DNA from: Minisyncoccota bacterium
Lineage (GTDB): Bacteria; Patescibacteriota; Minisyncoccia; Phycocordibacterales; UBA9973
DNA length: 64,000 bases
Reading direction: 5' to 3'
Assembly (NCBI GenBank): GCA_041665925.1
Contig: JBAYHW010000005.1
Location: forward strand, 13,819-77,818
Shown here: positions 58,842-64,000 of the stretch, one piece after another
Position numbering within the stretch: the stretch's first letter is position 1
Layout of the letters: every line of letters begins with the position of its first letter
Made by a program: the position numbers and the translations under genes
Notes under the pieces: generated by a model
Told to the model about the DNA's origin: nothing
What the model saw: only the letters and a program-made list of their open reading frames with translations
The model's database searches: none

Positions 58842-60896
58842 ATGAAACAAAAAAGGGAACTCAGAGAATTAATGAGGAGATTTATTTTCTTAGGTGTTTT
58901 TGTGTTTTTGTTATTTTTATCTTTGAACACTAAAGCTTTTGCTTCAGAAACACTGGGAAGCATTGATACAGCATATAAATATGCTTGGGGAGAAAATATT
59001 GGTTGGATAAATTTCGGCTGCGATGATTGTAATGTGGAAATCACAGATACCGCTATCACTGGGTATGCGTGGAGTTCTCAATTTGGCTGGATAAACTTAA
59101 ATTCAAGTACTGCTGGGGTGTTGAATACTGCCACGGGAGTTCTTTCAGGCCGTGCCTGGAGTTCAAATTTGGGTTGGATTGATTTTGATGGAGTAACAAT
59201 AAATACGAGCGGAGAATTGCTCGGCTATGCCACTCTAGATTCTGACAGTAGTCAGATAAGTTTCAATTGTGTGAATGGAAGTTCGTGCGCATCTGCTGAT
59301 TTTAAAGTAAAGACAGACTGGCGACCAGCAAGTGTTAGGACAAGTGATTCTGGTGATGGGGGTTCAAGTGGAAGCAGGCCGAATACTCCCGCAAACCCTC
59401 CTGCTAATCCACCCATTCCACCTCAAGCTAATCCACCACCTTTTTCTGGGATAACTAATAATGTTTCTGACATCATAAATAAAGCTTCTGATTTTATTTC
59501 TTATCTGTTTAATGGAAAAGAAAAACCATTACCTTCGGCGATAGTTGAAGTTCCGAAGATTGCTCCATTTGCGTTCCATGCCGAGTGGAATCTTTTGCCA
59601 ATGAGAGCTATAAATTCTTTCGTCTTCGCTCCTCTACCATATGAGATCCGTATCCTTGCAAGTAAATTCCCTGAACTTGATAAAACTCTAAAAGAAGTCG
59701 GCGTAGAAAGATTTTCTGATGTGAATAAATTAACAGGAGTGAGCTTAAACGTTCCGGGGTTGGCAGATATTTTAAACACAACAATTAAAAATGTTGGACA
59801 GAAAGAATTAGCCGAGCTAGAAAAAATACAAGGCGTGACGCTCGGCGTACCGGGAGTTTCTGGCGCTCCAGGAAAACTTCCAGGGAATATCGGCGTGCCA
59901 GGTATCTCTGGGATAGGCGGAGCATTACCAAGCAGTGTCGGCACAGGGAAGATTGCACTTATCGAAGGGTTACCAATAGCGAAGTTTACTCTAACTGCGA
60001 AGAAAAATTTACCATCTGAATTCGTTTTTGCTCGGGGAGCAGGGGAGCTAGTAGATTTGAACGTTGCGCTTTCTGTTGGAGATAGAGGGGAAGTGACTCA
60101 ACGTATTTCTTCTTTGCCAGGTAAAATTTTAAAACTCGTTGTTAAGCCCATAAGCAGTGCTAGAAGTGTGACAGGGTATATCGTGTTTAAAGCACCGACT
60201 CCAAGGGTAGCACAAAATTCAATTCTTCGTTCTTCGCTCACTGCGTCAGCACTTTTCTCTATGAATGATTTGGTTCAGACTATTTCCGACCCTATTCCAG
60301 TTGAGAAAAAATTAGTTTTGTCTTCTTTTGAATATACAGACCCCGACAAAGATGGTATCTATACTGCAGATGTAGTGTCACCCGTGGTTCCAGGAGAATA
60401 TGAAATCATTACCGTTATTGATTATATAGATCCAGTCTTAGGTTCTCGCAAGATGAGTATGGTGACAGTCATAGACCCTGAGGGATATGTATTTGAGAAA
60501 AATAATGGGAAGGAGACACGCATTCCTTCGGCTATTGTGTCTCTTTATGCTCTTAATTTATCTACTAAACAATACGAACCCTGGAAAGCAAAAGACTACA
60601 GCCAAGAAAATCCGCAAATTACAGACATCAGGGGGACATATTCATTCCTAGTACCCGAAGGTTCATATTATTTCCACGTAGAAGCACCAGGATATGAGCC
60701 CTATGAGGGTAAAGCTTTTGTCGTCGTAGAGGGTAGTGGTGTCCACCAAAACATAGAGCTTAAATCAGGGTCGAATTGGCTTGCACTGCTTGACTTCCAA
60801 ACGGTTCTTCTGATTGTTGTGTGCTTATTATTAGTGTATAATTTATATCGTAATAACTTGCGAGATAAATTAAATAAATTATTAAATAAAAAATGA
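58842..60896 (+). CDS. Large secreted, C-terminally membrane-anchored protein (684 aa) with N-terminal tandem GW-aromatic repeats, a Pro-rich linker and a CarboxypepD_reg-like domain
   Basis: Signal peptide. Repeats AWGENIGWINF, AWSSQFGWINL and AWSSNLGWIDF. The PANPPANPPIPPQANPPP linker. A C-terminal TM segment. Confidence 0.55.
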   Translation: MKQKRELRELMRRFIFLGVFVFLLFLSLNTKAFASETLGSIDTAYKYAWGENIGWINFGCDDCNVEITDTAITGYAWSSQFGWINLNSSTAGVLNTATGVLSGRAWSSNLGWIDFDGVTINTSGELLGYATLDSDSSQISFNCVNGSSCASADFKVKTDWRPASVRTSDSGDGGSSGSRPNTPANPPANPPIPPQANPPPFSGITNNVSDIINKASDFISYLFNGKEKPLPSAIVEVPKIAPFAFHAEWNLLPMRAINSFVFAPLPYEIRILASKFPELDKTLKEVGVERFSDVNKLTGVSLNVPGLADILNTTIKNVGQKELAELEKIQGVTLGVPGVSGAPGKLPGNIGVPGISGIGGALPSSVGTGKIALIEGLPIAKFTLTAKKNLPSEFVFARGAGELVDLNVALSVGDRGEVTQRISSLPGKILKLVVKPISSARSVTGYIVFKAPTPRVAQNSILRSSLTASALFSMNDLVQTISDPIPVEKKLVLSSFEYTDPDKDGIYTADVVSPVVPGEYEIITVIDYIDPVLGSRKMSMVTVIDPEGYVFEKNNGKETRIPSAIVSLYALNLSTKQYEPWKAKDYSQENPQITDIRGTYSFLVPEGSYYFHVEAPGYEPYEGKAFVVVEGSGVHQNIELKSGSNWLALLDFQTVLLIVVCLLLVYNLYRNNLRDKLNKLLNKK

Positions 60897-61261
60897 TTGA
60901 AAACAATAAACGTGCTTTATATCTTATAATTTTTGGTGTTCTTCTTGTTGGTAATGTTTTCTTTGCGCTTAATTATTTTACAACCAAGGCAGAGCTGCAA
61001 GAAATACAATCTACTACTACAAAAGCTGTATTAAATGAAAAAGTTGTCAATTTCGCTTCAATGTTTATTAAACAAGTCTTACAAGCGGATAAAGAAGTGG
61101 ACTTTGAGACGCGCTTGTCGCTAGAGAATGCTGTGCGTGATTTAAAAGATGAGCAAATTATGGCAGAATGGCAGAAATTTGTCGGCTCGAAGACAGAAGC
61201 TGAGGCTCAAAATAGTGTGAAGAGGCTTCTCGGTATCTTGATAGGCAAAATTCAGAAATAA
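60893..61261 (+). CDS. Hypothetical membrane-anchored protein (122 aa)
   Basis: ORF with an N-terminal TM. No family recognised. Confidence 0.4.
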   Translation: MIENNKRALYLIIFGVLLVGNVFFALNYFTTKAELQEIQSTTTKAVLNEKVVNFASMFIKQVLQADKEVDFETRLSLENAVRDLKDEQIMAEWQKFVGSKTEAEAQNSVKRLLGILIGKIQK

Positions 61262-61304
61262 GGTTTTTGGAGTGGTTATTGCTTAAATAAAAAACTTTTT
61301 CAAT

Positions 61305-62105
61305 ATGGATAGCATAACAAAAATAGTATTATTTAAAAATAAACAGATACGCAAGACACTTTATAATCATGAGTGGTGGTTTTCTGTAGCAGATGTATGT
61401 GAAGCTCTCACTGATAGTATTGATTCTGGAGCTTATTGGAGAAAACTAAAACAAAGGCTAACAGAAGAAGGTAGTGAAGTCGTGACATTTTGTCACGGGT
61501 TGAAATTATTGGCTCCAGACGGAAAAATGAGAGAAACGGATTGTGCTGATACAGAAGGAATATTTAGGATAGTTCAGTCTATTCCATCACCCAAAGCCGA
61601 ACCTTTCAAGCGTTGGTTAGCTAAAGTAGGCTATGAAAGAATACAAGAAATTGAAAATCCGGAGCTTGCCACAAAAAGGACCAGAATGCTTTACAAGTTA
61701 AAAGGGTATAGTGATGATTGGATAGAAAAAAGAATGCGAGGCATCGTTATTCGCGAGGAATTAACTGATGAATGGAAAAATAGAGGAGCAAAAGAAGATA
61801 GAGATTATGAAATTTTAACAGCAGAGATTTCAGAAGCTACATTTGGAGTTACTCCGAGTGAATATAAAAAATTAAAGGGTTTAAAGCGCCAAAATTTGCG
61901 TGATCATATGGATGATTTTGAATTGATTTTTAATATGCTCGGAGAAAGAGCTACTACAGAAATACATCGTACTGAAAATTCTAAAGGAGTTTTTAAATTA
62001 AAAGCTGATGCTAAAGCAGGGGGCAACATTGCTGGTGGCGCTCGCAAAAAACTTGAAAAAAGATTAAGGCGTTCAATTGTAACCAAGAAGAATTTTTTAA
62101 AATGA
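61305..62105 (+). CDS. BRO-N domain protein (phage antirepressor / DinD-like)
   Basis: N-terminal KTLYNHEWWFSVADVCEALT matches the Bro-N signature (WFVAKDVAKALG). Confidence 0.65.
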   Translation: MDSITKIVLFKNKQIRKTLYNHEWWFSVADVCEALTDSIDSGAYWRKLKQRLTEEGSEVVTFCHGLKLLAPDGKMRETDCADTEGIFRIVQSIPSPKAEPFKRWLAKVGYERIQEIENPELATKRTRMLYKLKGYSDDWIEKRMRGIVIREELTDEWKNRGAKEDRDYEILTAEISEATFGVTPSEYKKLKGLKRQNLRDHMDDFELIFNMLGERATTEIHRTENSKGVFKLKADAKAGGNIAGGARKKLEKRLRRSIVTKKNFLK

Positions 62106-64000
62106 AGTTTATATTTAACAAAAAAATAACTTATATATTCGCAGCGATAGTGCTGTCAGCCTTTTTCGGCAAGATAGTTTTCGCAACTCCGCCTACTTCT
62201 TATTACACCCCAGGCGAAACTTTAAATCCTACTTGTTTACCAACTGACACAAACTGCGATGTGGCAGCGCCCCTTACCTCAAGCAATATTAGTGACACTG
62301 CATATGGAGCGGGATGGGATACTGACACGACTCATGCTCCTTCTAAAAATGCCGTCTATGACAAAATTGAAACTGTTGTCGGCAGTGCACACGACGCACT
62401 CACCTTAGGCACAGCAAACGGACTTTCACTTTCAACACAAGCACTTAGTCTCGCGCTCGCTTCTACTTCTACGACGGGCGCGCTTTCAGATACTGACTGG
62501 GACACTTTTAATAATAAACAAAATGCATTTGATTTTACTCTTTCAGGAACAACAGGCCAAACTTATACTCTCCCTTCAACAACAGCAACCCTCGCCCGCA
62601 CTGACGCCGCGCAGACTTTTACGGGATTACAAACTTTTTCTACAAGTCCGACGAGCCCGGGTAGCGGAGCAAACACAGAAAGGTGGGGTGCTGGGGCAAG
62701 CACTAACAGCACAACATATTCATTGGCCTTAGGAAATAGTGCAGCTGTATCTGGTAATTATGGTGTTGCAGTTGGATATAGTGCCTCGGCAACAGGTGAT
62801 TCAGGAGTTGCAGTTGGTAGGCAGACTACTGCTTCGACGTATGGTGTCTCATTAGGCAATCAATCAAATGCAGGGGCAGATGCAGTTGCAATAGGTAGAT
62901 TAGCGACCGCAACAGGTCCACATGCAATAGCTATAGGTCGCGAATCCGCAAGCGCATATCGAGAATCAATTGCATTTCGATCTTCATCATCGGCCGATTA
63001 CCAATTTCGAGCGGATATGACAAGTGATTGGTACGCCGGTAGTGGGCTGGGTTATTGGCAGTTGCAGCCAGTACCAGCTACAGGTACGGATACTGCAGGC
63101 AAGAACATGATGCTTTCTGGCGGTAAGGGTACAGGTAACGCTATCGGAGGTTCCTTAATTTTTTCAACTTCTGATGCCGGAGCTTCGGGTTCTACTCTAC
63201 AATCTTTGACTCCGAAGATGACGATACTGCCGAGTGGATATGTGGGAATCGGAACCACAACACCTGTTGAAAAACTACACCTTTCCACAGACGGCGCAGA
63301 TGTATCTCAGCTGATTTCTGCTTATGGTACAGGATATGTGCCCAGTTTGAATGTTTATAACGCTAGAGGAACAGAGGCTTCGCCCAGCGCTTCGCAACAA
63401 AATGATGTTTTGGGTCAAGTAGCTTTTCAGGGATTCGATACAGCTCGAAGTACGGGTGCATTAATTAAAGGAGAGTCGGATGGTATCTGGGCATCAGGAG
63501 GAAATAGTTCAGATAATCCTTCGAGGTTGACTTTTTGGACAACCTTAGATGGAGATGGTACTCCAGCCGAGAGAATGAGAATAGATAGTAATGGACGTGT
63601 CGGTATAGGTACCACCTCTTTATTAAGTGGCAATGCTTTAACAATAGCAAGTGGTGACATCGGGACAAGTGGCGGAAGAAGAATATACAATGCAGATGGT
63701 GATTCTGGTGGTGTTACGATCTCTGCAGCCCTTCAACTTCATAGTTATTATGGAATGCATTTTTATTCCAGCGAACACGTATATGCTTCTCAGTTGGAAA
63801 GGATGACTTTAACCAATACAGGGAACTTCGGTATCGGAGACACTACTCCCGACTATCTTCTCGACGTCGCAGGAACTGCGGGGTTTGATGGACTGGTAAC
63901 CGCAACGGGTTTTTCCGGACCGCTTACGGGTAATGTTACTGGTAATCTTACCGGAAATGCAGATACCGTCACCGGACTTTCTGTGGTTTCTGGAAAAACA
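62102..64000 (+). CDS. Large secreted tail-fibre-like protein with repeated xGIGTTxP motifs (partial, runs off the 3' window edge, over 633 aa). It is absent from the ORF track.
   Basis: The ATG at 62102 overlaps the BRO stop (ATGA). The reading frame stays open to position 64000. Signal peptide MKFIFNKKITYIFAAIVLSAFFGKIVFA. Repeats VGIGTTTPVEKLHLS, VGIGTTSLLSG and FGIGDTTPDYLLDV are typical of phage tail-fibre or tailspike beta-helical proteins. Confidence 0.6.
   Translation, partial: MKFIFNKKITYIFAAIVLSAFFGKIVFATPPTSYYTPGETLNPTCLPTDTNCDVAAPLTSSNISDTAYGAGWDTDTTHAPSKNAVYDKIETVVGSAHDALTLGTANGLSLSTQALSLALASTSTTGALSDTDWDTFNNKQNAFDFTLSGTTGQTYTLPSTTATLARTDAAQTFTGLQTFSTSPTSPGSGANTERWGAGASTNSTTYSLALGNSAAVSGNYGVAVGYSASATGDSGVAVGRQTTASTYGVSLGNQSNAGADAVAIGRLATATGPHAIAIGRESASAYRESIAFRSSSSADYQFRADMTSDWYAGSGLGYWQLQPVPATGTDTAGKNMMLSGGKGTGNAIGGSLIFSTSDAGASGSTLQSLTPKMTILPSGYVGIGTTTPVEKLHLSTDGADVSQLISAYGTGYVPSLNVYNARGTEASPSASQQNDVLGQVAFQGFDTARSTGALIKGESDGIWASGGNSSDNPSRLTFWTTLDGDGTPAERMRIDSNGRVGIGTTSLLSGNALTIASGDIGTSGGRRIYNADGDSGGVTISAALQLHSYYGMHFYSSEHVYASQLERMTLTNTGNFGIGDTTPDYLLDVAGTAGFDGLVTATGFSGPLTGNVTGNLTGNADTVTGLSVVSGKT

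Overview
This window looks like a reduced, AT-rich (about 40% GC) Patescibacteria/CPR-type chromosome segment using the standard genetic code (TGA is a stop, for example at 3840). Most of it is compact housekeeping sequence: ligA, truB, proB-proC-proA, trhO, pheS-pheT, gyrB, thrS, rpmF, rnc, an SMC-like gene, rnr, rpsP, trmD, rpoB-rpoC, dnaG-rpoD, tsf-rpsB, proS, mreB-mreC, tgt and two tRNAs. The first 5.7 kb is a type IV pilus locus: the 3' end of pilC, two pilins, a prepilin peptidase, three minor pilins, and a PilX-N/PA14/glycine-rich giant pilin-like protein. The most unusual signal is a set of four short, markedly GC-rich (about 55-65% GC) islands at 21.07-21.32 kb, 25.28-25.54 kb, 29.67-31.14 kb and 35.12-35.67 kb. 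They sit between native genes, and each has an sigma70-type promoter, a strong Shine-Dalgarno sequence (or extensive RNA secondary structure) and an intrinsic terminator. Together they encode tiny proteins: an AbrB/MazE-fold regulator, a 47-aa single-TM peptide, a lipoprotein, and basic and acidic mini-proteins. The largest island carries palindromic TCCCTAGGGA operator-like direct repeats and a repeated inverted-repeat cassette that has compensatory base changes and a translationally coupled mini-ORF. Other notable points are several domain fusions (NusB-Nudix, DacA-CapA, UvrD helicase-Cas4-like nuclease, a hinge-less SMC carrying a CxxC zinc hook), a sortase with an ice-binding-like (DUF3494) candidate substrate, and an envelope polysaccharide/thiol-redox gene cluster. 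Four housekeeping genes have leaderless-type promoters (rpsB, rpmF, trmD, rnr). The 3' end of the window holds a BRO-N plus tail-fibre-like, phage-derived segment. No CRISPR array or rRNA is present.
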